Source: Octopus vulgaris (lineage: Eukaryota). Taken from it: 64,000 nt of DNA. This document shows, piece by piece, positions 24,222 through 36,341 of the stretch. Position numbers and translations under genes: made by a program. Below the pieces are notes generated by a model that was not told the DNA's origin, did no database searches, and worked only from the letters and a program-made list of their open reading frames with translations. Numbering within the stretch: position 1 is the first letter of the stretch; every line of letters starts with the position of its first letter. The stretch is from the NCBI GenBank assembly GCA_951406725.2, contig OX597828.1:64604001-64668000 (forward strand), in the 5' to 3' direction.

Positions 24222-26430
24222 ATTTATTTTATTTTTATTTTTATCTAGTTTCAGCTCACAAGCTGTGGCCATGCTGGGGCACCGCCATTTGGTGTTGCTA
24301 CATGATTTTACTTCACGAATGCTTTTTAGCAACTGCCATTTTGTGCACGAGAGAGAGTTCGATGCAGCTGCCCTCATCTGCACCTCCTGCCGTGAAGTTG
24401 GTTCCTCTGGGAAACCTGACAAGGAGAGATCCAGTTTTATTTTAAAGACATCTACATCCACCCCATGCAGGTCTCTTAGGTTCATCGGGAGGATATTGAA
24501 GAGCTGTGGGCCTCGGAAGCCCAGGCTATCACAGTATCTTGTCCTACATCTTGATGGCAAATTTGGAGTCCTTGGCACTATGCAGTGGCACCCAAGTCCT
24601 TCTAGGATCTTCCAGATATATATTATGGCATATCTTTCTCGCCTACGCTCCAGGGAATAGAGCTTTAATCTCTTGAGTCTCTCCCAGTAGCTTGTATGCT
24701 GCACAGAGGCTATCTTCTTCGTGTATCTTCGTTGGATCGCCTCAAGTTCTGTGATTAACTTGACACTGGATGGTGACCATAGCTGAGAGCAATAGTCAAA
24801 GTGGCTTAGGACAAGTGTCCTCCAGAGGACCATCATGGTTTCCTGGTCTCTTGTTCTAAAGGTTCTAAGAATCCATCCGGTCAGCCGCCTACTTTTCATT
24901 GCCAATTTAGCAACATGCACATGAAAGGTTGCATCATCACTCATGTAAATACCCAGGTCTCGCACTGATTGTGCCTCTGGGATTGCAATCCCTCCAGGTC
25001 CAGTGTATTCATTGGGTATTGCATTCAGTTTTGCATGCTGATAGCATAAAGCTTGAAACTTTTCAGTATTGAACTGCATGCTATTCTTTTCAGCCCACTT
25101 GTATATTTTGTCCAGCTCACATTGCAGGTGCTTAGTGTCTTCAGGGTTCTGTATTGCCTGTGAAACTTTTGTATCATCTGCATAACTTGTGATCGTGGCT
25201 CTCTGTGTGGCTGAGGGCATGTCTGAGAGGGCCATTATGAACAGTAGTGGTCCCAAAACAGTGCCCTGCGGAACACCGCTCACTATTTGCGTGTTAATGG
25301 AAGTGGCTACTACCACCTGACTTCTATCCTTCAGAAAATCATGAAGCCATTCTCCCAGTTTTCCAACTCTGCCAAGATCACGCAGTTTGTGACATATCAT
25401 TCCATGATCGACTTTATCAAAGGCCTTTGCAAAGTCGAGATATATGACTTCCACATTAGAGTGGTTGAGCAGTCGTTTCAGCACCCAGTCATAGTGTAGT
25501 AGGAGCTGAGTTAAGCTGCTTCTTCCTGGTCGGAAACCATGTTGGGTGTCAGGCAGCAAGTCATTTTCTTCAAGGAAGGTGATTAGTTTCCTTCTGACTA
25601 TTCGTTCCATGACCTTGCTGATGTGTGAGGTCAGAGAGATAGGTCTGTAGTTCTTGGCCTCCGCTCTGCTACCTCCTTTATGAATAAGGCATATTTTACC
25701 TTCCTTCAGTTTTCTTGGAAGTTTGCCAGTTGCAAGGAAGCTCTGAAAGAGGAACTGCAGTGGTCTTGCTAGGACTCTCTTACATGCTTTTAGAAGGATT
25801 GCCGGGAATCCATCGGGGCCAGTACCTGAGATTGTTTTCATTTCATCTATAGCCGTCTTCCTTTATATTGATGTAATCAATCATCGCTGCCTCTGATTTT
25901 ATATCTGCAGTGGTAAAGAAGTCAGTTGGATTGCTGACTTGAAAATGCCCAAGGGGTGGAGTGAAAATACTCTTGAATTGCTCATTTAGTATTTCACTTA
26001 TCCTCATTGGATTTCCTGTGAGTGTGCCATCCCTTTCAAGGAGTGGCCCTATCCTACAGTGCACCGTAGCTGTTTCTCTGGCATACCTGTAGAAAGCTCT
26101 GGGGTTAGATTTTATGTTGTCTATAGCCCAGGCTTCTTTGTCTGCTCTTTCCTTTTCATGGGAGAGTTGCAGACATTTTTCGATTTCCAACAGTTTTATT
26201 TTTAGGCGGGACTTTTCACTGCTTTCAATTTGTTTGTTTAGGCGATTTGAGATTTTTGTACGCCGTCTCATTAGAATTTTCCTCTCTCTGGGGATTTTGT
26301 TCTTGTGTACAGTGGCCTTTCTTTCTGGGACACATTTGTAGCATATGGCTTGCATTACAGACATGAATTGTTGAAGTTTCATGTCGATGTCTGGCGAGGA
26401 GAGACATTCAGGCCATTTTCCTGTTTGTCA
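24222..26430 (-). mobile_element. CR1-group (CR1/L2-like) LINE, 5'-truncated, RT nearly intact
   Basis: ORFs 25843-26382 and 25841 downward: [70 protein letters not shown]. The 3' end is GGCGGTGCCCCAGCATGGCCACAGCTTGTGAGCTGAAACTAG + (TAAAAA)n. Confidence 0.93.
24340..25841 (-). CDS. Reverse transcriptase of the CR1-group LINE (TE-encoded; upstream frameshift, native stop unclear)
   Basis: All core RT motifs lie in one frame; the ORF extension to 23640 is read-through into 3'UTR and microsatellite. Confidence 0.8.
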
Positions 26431-26460
26431 ATGTGGAAGCTTTCTTGGTTGTTCACCCTG

Positions 26461-26523
<63 letters not shown>

Positions 26524-27155
26524 TTATCGACCTCTTCGGGATTCTTCTCTTCCTGTCTCTCCATCTTCTTTACAGGAACAATTCTTGTGGTTAAAACTAG
26601 ATAGAGATGGACCGTGCTTCATGTACAAGTTTTGTGTGTGTATGCGTGTATGTGTGTTTGCGTACCTGCGTGTGTGTGTGTGCGCGCATTGCATCGTAAA
26701 TACATAGCAACATTAAACGTACGCCATGGTATAAAACTGACATGACAAAACTGAATGTAAAGTATAACCCTCAACAGAAATTGTAACCAAGACACATTAC
26801 AACACTAATTAAACAATAGAGATTATCATACTAAATCAACATTATAATACTAAATACAGATTATAATATTAAATATAGAATATTAATGTAAGAAAATATT
26901 ATATAAAAAATAAAGCTCGTCCCACCGCTGTAAGCTAACAGCGCAACATCTCCACCACTTTTAATCCACTACCGCAACAACAGACCGCTACGACACCACC
27001 ACAACATAGAAACAACCCCGCCCCATCACCACCACACCGACACATCACCTCTCATAATATATAATTACGCCAAATAAATAAAAATTTCAATAATTACAAT
27101 AGACATATGCAAAACAATTCTTCTTCATCATTATTATCATCATCATTATTATTGA

Positions 27156-27204
<49 letters not shown>

Positions 27205-27899
27205 TACTTTTAATCTGCATGTTTGTTACAATCACTTACCGATATACACCTAGCGTCCCAGGGCGAGTGGAGGATAAGGGATGTTACAGAATGATTGAAA
27301 ATTTGGGGAGAGGATGTTGTTGTTGTTGTTATTATTATTATTGTTATTATTATCATCACTTGAATAAGGGGAAAAAAAAAACAATATTAGAAATGTTTCA
27401 ATGAAACAAAGCAACATTTTTACTATAAATAAACATTATAATAATAAACAACGCTATGACGTTTAATTTAGACATTTATACAAAAGGAATTCTACAGGAG
27501 AATTGACAGTTAACTGTCTCCCGGAGGAATATACCAAGTATTGTCCTGTAGACACATTAAATTAATTAAATGAGTTAGCTAGTACCCCTGGGGTGGGGTG
27601 GAGGGTCCTGTGACACGTGTCTTCTAAGGAACGTCTTTAGGGGGCGTTTCATGTCATTCTGAAGCCACATCAACGCCCCCTGTCTTTGTTTGCTCACACC
27701 AATTAGTCGTTTATCGAGTGTCTTGTAGTTTTGTTAGTTCGCCGCACACCACAAAAACCACCAATCTACGAACCCCACCCCCATCCTACCGTTACCTCAG
27801 CTCCTCATGATGCACAATACTACCACCTCATCACACGGGACTACCACACCACACGAGACTACTGCCACCACACCACATCAACACGCCGTCACTGTTGCA

Positions 27900-28167
27900 C
27901 GAGAAACTGAGACGCTACGAGTCCGGACAAAAAAACACAAATGCTTTCCACTATCAAAATACCAAACACCAAAATAAACATTACATACATACATGTATAC
28001 ACACACACACACACATATGGACTTTTTCTATGATTTCTACTGAAGAGTTCCGCTCGAAACGTGAAATCCTCTTTCTTTTCTTTCCTTTCCTGACCGTCCA
28101 ATAACACTGTACTTATTCCACATCCTTGCGTTGTTGTCTTTTCTTGCGTATTCATATTTGGATTAAC

Positions 28168-28170
<3 letters not shown>
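27900..28170 (+). mobile_element. Penelope-like pseudo-LTR fragment with minimal hammerhead-like motif
   Basis: GATTTC-TA-CTGAAGA-GTTCCGCTC-GAAA-CGT-GAAATC at 28032-28068, followed by a T-rich tail. Confidence 0.5.
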
Positions 28171-28208
<38 letters not shown>

Positions 28209-28209
28209 A

Positions 28210-29488
28210 CGAAGTCTGATCAATAAGTATCCTGACTGGTGCTATAGAAACAAAACCACAACGCGTACCAATTTAGCATCATATCTCCTTCAAACTAGTC
28301 CCCTTCGGAGCCGCACACTTAATCCACCGTTGTTTCCGTTGATGGAAGCATTTCTGGAACTCATTTTCTGGGATAACCAGCAGCTGCCTCGGCGCATTTG
28401 ATTTTTGGAAAGAGGAAAAAGTCGCAAGGGGCGAGATCTGGGGAATACAGTGGCTGTTGGACCTGGGGAATGCTGTGACTGGCCCAAAACTCCTACACAC
28501 GCTGCACTGAATGGGCAGGTACGCTGTCATGGTGTAGTTGCCACTCACCGGACGCATGCAATTGTGACTTTTTCCAGCGAACAGCATCACACAAACTCCG
28601 CAAAACGTCACCGTAGTACTCCTTATTTACTGTCTGACCAGGTGGAACATTCTCATGATGAACAATCCCCTTGTAGTCGAAGAAAACAGTCAACGGTGGC
28701 TTCATATTGCTTCAACTCAGTCGTGCTTTCTTCGATCTAGGGGAGGTGGAGGTCTTCCACTGTGAAGACCGATCCTTTGTTTCGGGGTCAAAGCCATAGA
28801 CCCACGATTCGTCACCCGTTATGACCATTTTTAAAAGTTTTCACCGTTCTCGACATAATCAAGATCTTGTGCAACTGACTCCTGAGTGTCTTTTTGGTCA
28901 GCTGAAAATAGTTTTGAAAAAAACTGAGCGGACACGCGACTCATACCCAAATCTTCAGTGATAATGGACTGAACTGAACCGTATTAATTACGGTTCAGTT
29001 CAGTCCATTATCTGCACATCCTCTGATAACTCACGGATGATGATTCGACGATTTCCCTCACAGTTGCACGCACATCTGCAATATTTTCCTCAGTTCTGCT
29101 GGTTGCGGGTCTTCCAGAACGTTCGTCAATATCGACATTTTTTTCGGCTATCTAGTAAACGTCTCAACCACTCGTACACTTGTGTGCGGCTCATACACTC
29201 CTCTTCATACACTTTCTGCAAATTTGTGTAGGCCTCTGAGCAGCTATCACCAAGCTTTTGGCAAAATTTGATGCAGATTCTCTGCTCAACTTTTTCTGTC
29301 ATGGTCAATGCGATGATCGCACGTTCCTTCCAAGCGCTGTAGTAAATAGTGGAAGTGAGCTACAAAAGTTAAAACTTAGTGCGCATGCACAGCAGAGTTC
29401 AAGGTCAATCTGTGTCAAGCGTCGTCACTCTGCGTGCTTTAGCTTCTTTACTATGGCAGCACTCCGGATATTTATTGGCCAGACCACT
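28210..29488 (-). mobile_element. Full-length decayed mariner (DD34D-type) DNA transposon
   Basis: Diverged TIRs (CGAAGTCTGATCAATAAGTATCC vs AGTGGTCTGGCCAATAAATATCC) with TA on both sides. Transposase pieces [48 protein letters not shown] and PLYSPDLAPCDFFLFPKIK. Confidence 0.92.
28960..29012. repeat. Perfect 24-bp inverted repeat with 5-nt loop inside the mariner
   Basis: GATAATGGACTGAACTGAACCGTA-TTAAT-TACGGTTCAGTTCAGTCCATTATC. Confidence 0.95.
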
Positions 29489-29537
29489 TATATACATACA
29501 TGCAAACATACATACACACATACATACATATACGCAG

Positions 29538-29579
<42 letters not shown>

Positions 29580-29643
29580 TCAGACATCTATGTATATATG
29601 CATGTATATATATACACACACATTCATACATCTATGTATATAT

Positions 29644-29730
<87 letters not shown>

Positions 29731-30168
29731 ATAGATGAGTGTATTTTTATCTTGTTAACAATTAACACGGAAAAAATAAAATAAATAGTTATCAGGGCAG
29801 CAAAAATCTCACAAGTAAAGGTGTTTATACCATTTATTCTTTTGAATAGTATCAGTGGAATTTTCGAAACATGTGTCGAAAGTAAAAATATTTGATTACA
29901 CCTGCGTTAACATTTTTTTATTCATATATATATATATAACTTTGTTCATGTTCTTCGTGTTGTCGCTATTAATATTATTATTACTGTTTCAATTAATCGC
30001 ATCAACAATTGTATTCTCCATGTCCACTAAGATATGTGTTTGAAGTTATGACTAAATAATAAATGCTATTGTCATGAACGTACTTAAAGATCTTATTCTT
30101 GTTTTATTTCATCATTTTATTCCTTTTCTGGCTATATTTTTGCATAATATTCTCAAAGAAAAAGGTTA

Positions 30169-30407
30169 CGACCTGGCAGAAACGTTAGCACGCCGGGCGA
30201 AATGCTTACGTTCTGAGTTCAAATTCCGCCGAGGTCGACTTTGCCTTTCATCCTTTCGGGGTCGATAAATTGAGTACCAGTTACGCACTGGGGCCGATGT
30301 AATCGACTTAATCCGTTTGTCTGTCCTTGTTTGTCCCCTCTGTGTTTAGCCCCTTGTGGGTAATAAAGAAATAGGTATTTCGTCTGTCTTTATGTTCTGA
30401 GTTCAAA
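30169..30407 (+). mobile_element. SINE family B plus the start of a second unit
   Basis: CTGGCAGAAACGTTAGCACGCC head, GAGTTCAAATTCC B-box, GGTCGACTTTGCCTTTCATCCTTTCGGGGTCGATAAA domain and tail CCCCTTGTGGGTAATAAAGAAATA, then GGTATTTCGTCTG..GAGTTCAAA. Confidence 0.92.
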
Positions 30408-30631
30408 GAAACAAAACCCAAAAACCTTTCTGAACTCCACTGCAAGTCAATAAGATGCCGACGTTTGATTGGTTGACACGTCTCACACGTGATGTCATCT
30501 TCTTATTCGGATGAAAAGACATCTCCCATGTCGATAAGTGAATATAATATATACACCTATTGCTAGGTGTATATATAACTAGAAATTACACGGACATTTG
30601 TACATAGGTTCACACATACATACGCACATAT

Positions 30632-30800
30632 CTTTTACTATTTACAGTCATTAGACTGCGGTCATACTGGGGCACCGCCATAAAGAATTTTAGTCGAACG
30701 TATCAACCCTTGTACTTATTTTTTAAGAGTCTGCTACTTTTTCTATCGGACTCTTTTGTTGAACGGCTAAGTTACAGGAATATAAACACATCACACAGCA
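30632..30800 (-). mobile_element. SINE family A, old 3' half
   Basis: CAGTCATTAGACTGCGGTCATACTGGGGCACCGCC tail and GAACGGCTAAGTTAC body. Confidence 0.75.
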
Positions 30801-30928
30801 ACGCCTGCACTTGTACACGTTTCTATACGTAGCTTTATTACGTTCTGTACTCGACGAACGCTTCTTTCCGAAACATAAGTAAAGTGAGTTCAAACGCCAG
30901 GTTGTTAGTATTGCTATATCGAAACAAA

Positions 30929-30978
<50 letters not shown>

Positions 30979-31213
30979 CATACATACATGTATACATACA
31001 TAGATACACACACATATACATACATACATATATATACATACATACACACACATATACATACATACATACATACATACACACACATATACATACATACATA
31101 CATACATACATACATACATACATACATACATACACACATATATATATATATACATGCGCACACATAATATACATACATTATATACACAAACGGACACACA
31201 GACACACGCTCAT

Positions 31214-31614
31214 TTTCTCCATGACAAAACACAGTGAATTGTTCTCTTACGGGTTCGAATATGCCTCAAGCATATTTGAACCGGTAACAAGTTTATATTT
31301 ATCCACCTCACTGGTTCGTTATTCTCTTTATGGCAATCCGCCTGAATAGCGCAACCAGTCACTGAACGATGACGGGAATATCATAAGAGAGAGTTGTCTC
31401 TCTTGTCAGTTCGCAGCATCCGACTTTCCGGTATCTGTTGCTGAAGAGGAACTAACCTCTCTGAAAAGCTGCATCCCACAGTCTGGGGAGTGGTGTGTGT
31501 GCGTGTGACTCGGTGTATTTACACTTTAACTTTACAGCGAGAAATTTCTTCCATGAGGAAAATACAGTGTATGGCTTTTCATGGGTTCGAATATACCTCA
31601 AGCATATTTTAAAC
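31214..31614 (+). mobile_element. Short terminally redundant element (period ~332 bp) with degenerate hammerhead-like motif
   Basis: A ~68-bp imperfect direct repeat includes GGGTTCGAATAT.CCTCAAGCATATTT at 31251 and 31583; CTGAAGA-GG..CC..GAAA lies at 31441-31466. Confidence 0.5.
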
Positions 31615-31654
31615 TTGTATTTATACACATCACTGCTTTACGCTGCCACCTTGC

Positions 31655-31685
<31 letters not shown>

Positions 31686-32289
31686 TGTATGTATGTATGT
31701 ATGTATGTATGTATGCATGCATGCATGTATGTGTGTATGTATGTATGTATGTATGTATGTATGTATGTATGTGTGTGTGTATGTATGTGTGTATGTATGT
31801 GTATGTGTGTATGTATGTGTGTGTACAGAATGATAGCCTTAAACTGCTTCAATGCAAGTTACTCGAGGTTCGATGAATAATTTAATGGACGTCTCGCTTC
31901 TCCCTTTCTCTTTATCCCTCTCCTTCCTAACATCTCTCCATTGCATTCATCATGTGCGCCCGACTCCAGTCCCTTTCTATTAACTGTTACGGCTCAGGGG
32001 TTGCAGAATAGCTATGCTGCTCTCCTGCAGTTCACGCTACCAGCCTCTCCGATCACCTTGGACTGTTGAAGTAGCCGTAAGAAGGTGTTTCTTATGGCCA
32101 GATCACATTTTTAGTGCATTGTCCTAGGAACAGGTGTTCGTTAGATTTGAGATAAGATCTCCAAAGTGACCAAAAACTCGGAAGACCTGACCATATCGAA
32201 CTTCGACCTGACATTGCACGATCTGAAAATCAATTAGATCTATTTCCTATCTTATTTCAACCACAAAAATAGAAAACCTCCTTCACCCA

Positions 32290-32720
32290 GTTTCCTCATC
32301 AGCTCCAGTTAGGATGACTGGGTAGTTTTTTTTTTATTCCTTCTTTTATCTGGATGTTCCCAAATTGTCACAGGCATTAGTATCCTTAGAGTTACCTGGT
32401 CATTTGAGCAGAATCTTGAGCTGTTGTTACCTCCCACCCCAGCACGTAGCCTCAATCATCACACACGAGCCTCCAGTGTACACATTTTCACCAAGCGCCT
32501 TCTAGATCCTCAAACTCACTACCTTCTCTGTTTATCTGTCACCGCAACATCTCTCCTTCCCTTACACCATGTCTTCAGTCCGGTGTTAAGTTCCATTTTT
32601 TTTGTACACCCAGATAGATATAGACAGTCTCTACCCTCATACACTCAACCCAGAGGAACTTTTAGGTTGTGACAATTGGCTAGACAGGGTACCACATCCA
32701 TTTAACTTAAAGATGGAAGA
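32290..32720 (-). mobile_element. Very decayed LINE RT C-terminal remnant (possibly Rex1/L2-like)
   Basis: Minus-strand traces RVETVYIYLGV and ATCWGG..TAQD; weak. Confidence 0.3.
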
Positions 32721-32841
32721 TTTACAGCCACAGCACATCGATATCACCGGTTCTCGCCGCCATATCATCGACGTTCAGCAACATCGAGCTTAATAAGTAC
32801 TTAAATGGGTAACCAATGGGAAATCTAGGGGTTGCAAGCAT

Positions 32842-33078
32842 ACCTATTTCTTTACTACCCTCAAGGGGCTAAACACAGAGGGGACAAACAAGGACAGACA
32901 GACGGATTAAGTCGATTACATCGACCCCAGTGTGTAACTGGTACTTATTTAATCGACCCCGAAAAGGATGAAAGGCAAAGTCGACCTCGGCGGAATTTGA
33001 ACTCAGAACGTAGCGGCAGACGAAATACTGCTAAGCATTTCGCCCGGCGTGCTAACGTTTCTGCCATCTCGCCACCTT
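32842..33078 (-). mobile_element. SINE family B, full length with 15-bp TSD
   Basis: TSD AGGGGTTGCAAGCAT at 32827-32841 and 33082-33096. Confidence 0.95.
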
Positions 33079-33245
33079 CAAAGGGGTTGCAAGCATGCCC
33101 TTTTCCATTTTGTAGAGTTGTACAGCAGCAGGAGACGTCCAAGAATGATGTATGATAGAACGGCCTCTAAATATAGGGGGTAACCGCAACTAAACTAGCT
33201 TCATGATTAATAAACAGTGAAAGCCGAACAATGGCAGAGATGGCA

Positions 33246-33681
33246 GTGATGTCGTCTTCTTATTCGGATGAAAAGACATCTCCCATGTCGATAAGTGAAT
33301 ATAATATATACACCTATTGCTAGGTGTATATATAACTAGAAATTACACGGACATTTGTACATAGGTTCACACATACATACGCACATATCTTTTACTTGTT
33401 TCGGTCATTAGACTGCGGTCATACTGGGGCACCGCCATAAAGAATTTTAGTCGAACGTATCAACCTTTGTACTTATTTTTTAAGAGTCTGCTACAGACTA
33501 CGATAAAGCCTGTACCTGGTCGCTTGGCCAACTGGAAATATCAGCCAATCTCCCTCAACACATACACTATTGTCTTAAAGTGTACTGAATTATGTTAAGC
33601 CCACGATGGAATCTACACCTGGTTACTCGGTCAGGTAGAAATAGCAATCTATTCTACCTCAAATCACACTAAATTTAATGG
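33246..33681 (+). repeat. Chimeric duplication of 30489-30737 and 35209-35395
   Basis: 33246-33494 matches 30489-30737 (offset 2757) and 33495-33681 matches 35209-35395 (offset 1714), each with few substitutions. Confidence 0.95.
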
Positions 33682-33898
33682 TCACCAGGAAGTTGATACT
33701 GAAGGATCCACAGACAACTGTTTATAACATGCGATGTTGTCCTGTAACAGGGTAGGAAATAGTTGCCTTAAAATAAATGAGTAAATATATAAATATGTAT
33801 ACACACACACAAACATATGTATGTATGTGTGCATATATGTACGTACGTATTGGTTATATGGTTGGAATTATAGGAAATAACGGTGTTTTATGGGAAGT

Positions 33899-33926
<28 letters not shown>

Positions 33927-33935
<9 letters not shown>

Positions 33936-34608
33936 GCATCCTTTTTGTCTCGGGAGACAATGGAGTTGCGCATAAAGTAGTCTAGTCCGGCTTTTACATT
34001 TCATGTCCTGATACATTTCCTGCTGTGGCTGTGTAGTCCTATCCTGGACAAACACTCCCTCTGGCAGGTACCGCAAATGTAGCGAAGACTGTTCCTGGCT
34101 GGTTGTAATGCCATAGTTTCTTGGCATGGGGTATGGGCACCTATCCAGGGTTACGGAAAGGAGACAACCTTCAAAGAAATCTGGAGTGGAGCCCCGAAGG
34201 CGGTTTAGTGTTCGACTCGACACTCTTCCGGCAGTTCCTGCAACCAAGCTGGTGCCAAACGTAATGCTCTGCACTCCTTTGGACTACATCAGCAAGGTCG
34301 AGAGAGGAAACCTGACAATTGGGCTACCCAGGACTTTCTTATCTCTAGCCCAGGCCTGCACAAAACTGGAGAGAACACTTCAGTGCTGCTGTAAAAAGCT
34401 GCAGAAACAACACGGGAGGTAACAGTCACGAGTGATAAGTCCATTCAGATTGGCGTAAAGTATGGGCTATACGGGTTACCTCTGACGGTGGGAGGGACCT
34501 CCGTGTCCTATTGTTTAGCTACAGCCCACCTCAAGCTGGGCAGCCCCCAGTTAATAAGGTGCTGACCCGCCACAGGCCGCCTGCTTCATTGGGTGCTTGA
34601 AGCTAAGA

Positions 34609-34609
<1 letters not shown>
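33927..34609. mobile_element. RTE/BovB-like 5'UTR fragment with an inverted RTE-type 3' tail, inside (TA)n
   Basis: The plus strand resembles recalled RTE-BovB 5'UTRs (GCTGGTGCCAAAC, GGGCAGCCCCCAG..AATAAGGTGCTG.CCCGCCACAG). The minus strand ends CCATTGTCTCCCGAGACAAAAAGGATGCCAACAACAA. Confidence 0.6.
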
Positions 34610-34688
<79 letters not shown>

Positions 34689-35049
34689 ATGTATATACAC
34701 ATACACATAAATGCGTGTGTACGTATACCTTAGGTAAATTTACAAAGCTAAACGACTGAAAGACACCTTTGATGTCTTGTCTTTTTAGGTGAAACTGTGA
34801 AACCCACACCGACATACAAATAGAGGTGTGTGTGTGTACACACACATACACATACCTGTATACATGAATATAATACATACCACGGTACTGTTTTTTTCTT
34901 CTTCTTTCTCCTTTGTCCATGATATGTGTGTGAGAGTGTTGGGCGCAGCTCATTTTCTTCAACCCAAGCTCTCATAATTCTCTTCCTGTTTAATGAAGTG
35001 TTACATTACTTACAACAGATCATTCCTATCTTCCCACAAACACACCCAT

Positions 35050-35570
35050 TATTTCAGTTGTTAGAAATAGCAGCCATAATTTCCTGAAATCACACACAAT
35101 ACTCTCTTAAAGAGCATTACGGAGTCACTGTATAGTGGCTTGATTCTCTGGAAATAGACAAATCTGCCTGGAAACACGTTATTGTCTTAAATTATATAGA
35201 ATAATATAAGACTACGATAAAGCCTGTACCTGGTCGCTTGGCCAACTGGAAATATCAGCCAATCTCCCTCAACACATACACTGTTGTCTTAAAGTGCACT
35301 GAATTATGTTAAGCCCACGATGGAATCTATACCTGGTTACTCGGTCAGGTAGAAATAGCAATCTATTCTACCTCAAATCACACTAAATTTAATGGAGTCT
35401 GCACGTTTGACCAGGTAGAAACAACAGCCAAATCTTCTTCACAAAGTAGAAGAAATTGAATAAAGTAGATCTTGAGATTTACGAAAAAGGGATAGTCATG
35501 GCTGGAGAACCTTTGATTATCAGTTTACTGGAAGAAAGGAGACGCTGATTTGGAGATAAACAGCCAAAAC
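35050..35570 (+). repeat. Old repeat with recurring GAAATAGCAGCCAAATCTCCCTCAAATCACAC-like units
   Basis: Degenerate units at ~35064, 35250, 35351 and 35417. Related minus-strand traces appear near 17410, 37690-37830 and 38030-38120. Confidence 0.5.
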
Positions 35571-36226
35571 CACCAATAACTACGAGAAGAAGAAATATCA
35601 GAATATGTTAACTGACTTTCAGCACTTTCTTCAATACGAGGGTGGTATTGCGGTCAACGAAACATAAAAGTTAAAAGCAATATTATCACAAAGTATGCGG
35701 CAACCCTTTTGGTCAGTGACCCTTAAATTAGGGGTTAAAGTAAAATTCTGAAAGGGTCATAAAAGCAAAATCTGCTAATTTTAAAATATTCAATAAAATT
35801 TCAAAAGTTCCGAGATGCTTTTATGTATGGGAGCGTAAAGAGGAATACAACGAAGGTTTTTGTGTATGATATTGTTGTGTGGTGCTATAAGAAAAAAAAA
35901 ACGTACTCAATTGTGGAAACAAACAGGACTCTCCAGACACCACTGGTGTTAGAAAAGTACAGAAGAAATAGGACATCTCTGGACCATTGATAAGGAGTTT
36001 GAAAACCGAGAAGCCAAGACACGCTTTCAGTTTCATACCTATTATTATTGAGATAAGTTATGCGAACATACCTGGAACAAAGTGCGTTTGAATTTGCGTT
36101 CTTGGGGAGAGAATGCAATTCCCTAACTCGAACACTTACAAATGATAAAATGATCAGGATATCTGGGAGTAAAAAGTCTGCAACTTAAAGAATGATGAGG
36201 AAAATACACACACACACACACACATA

Positions 36227-36333
<107 letters not shown>

Positions 36334-36341
36334 GAGAGAAA

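Noticed and set aside
23640-24330. C-terminal extension of the 733-aa RT ORF
   Set aside because: It is read-through into the LINE 3'UTR and flanking microsatellite, not a real domain.
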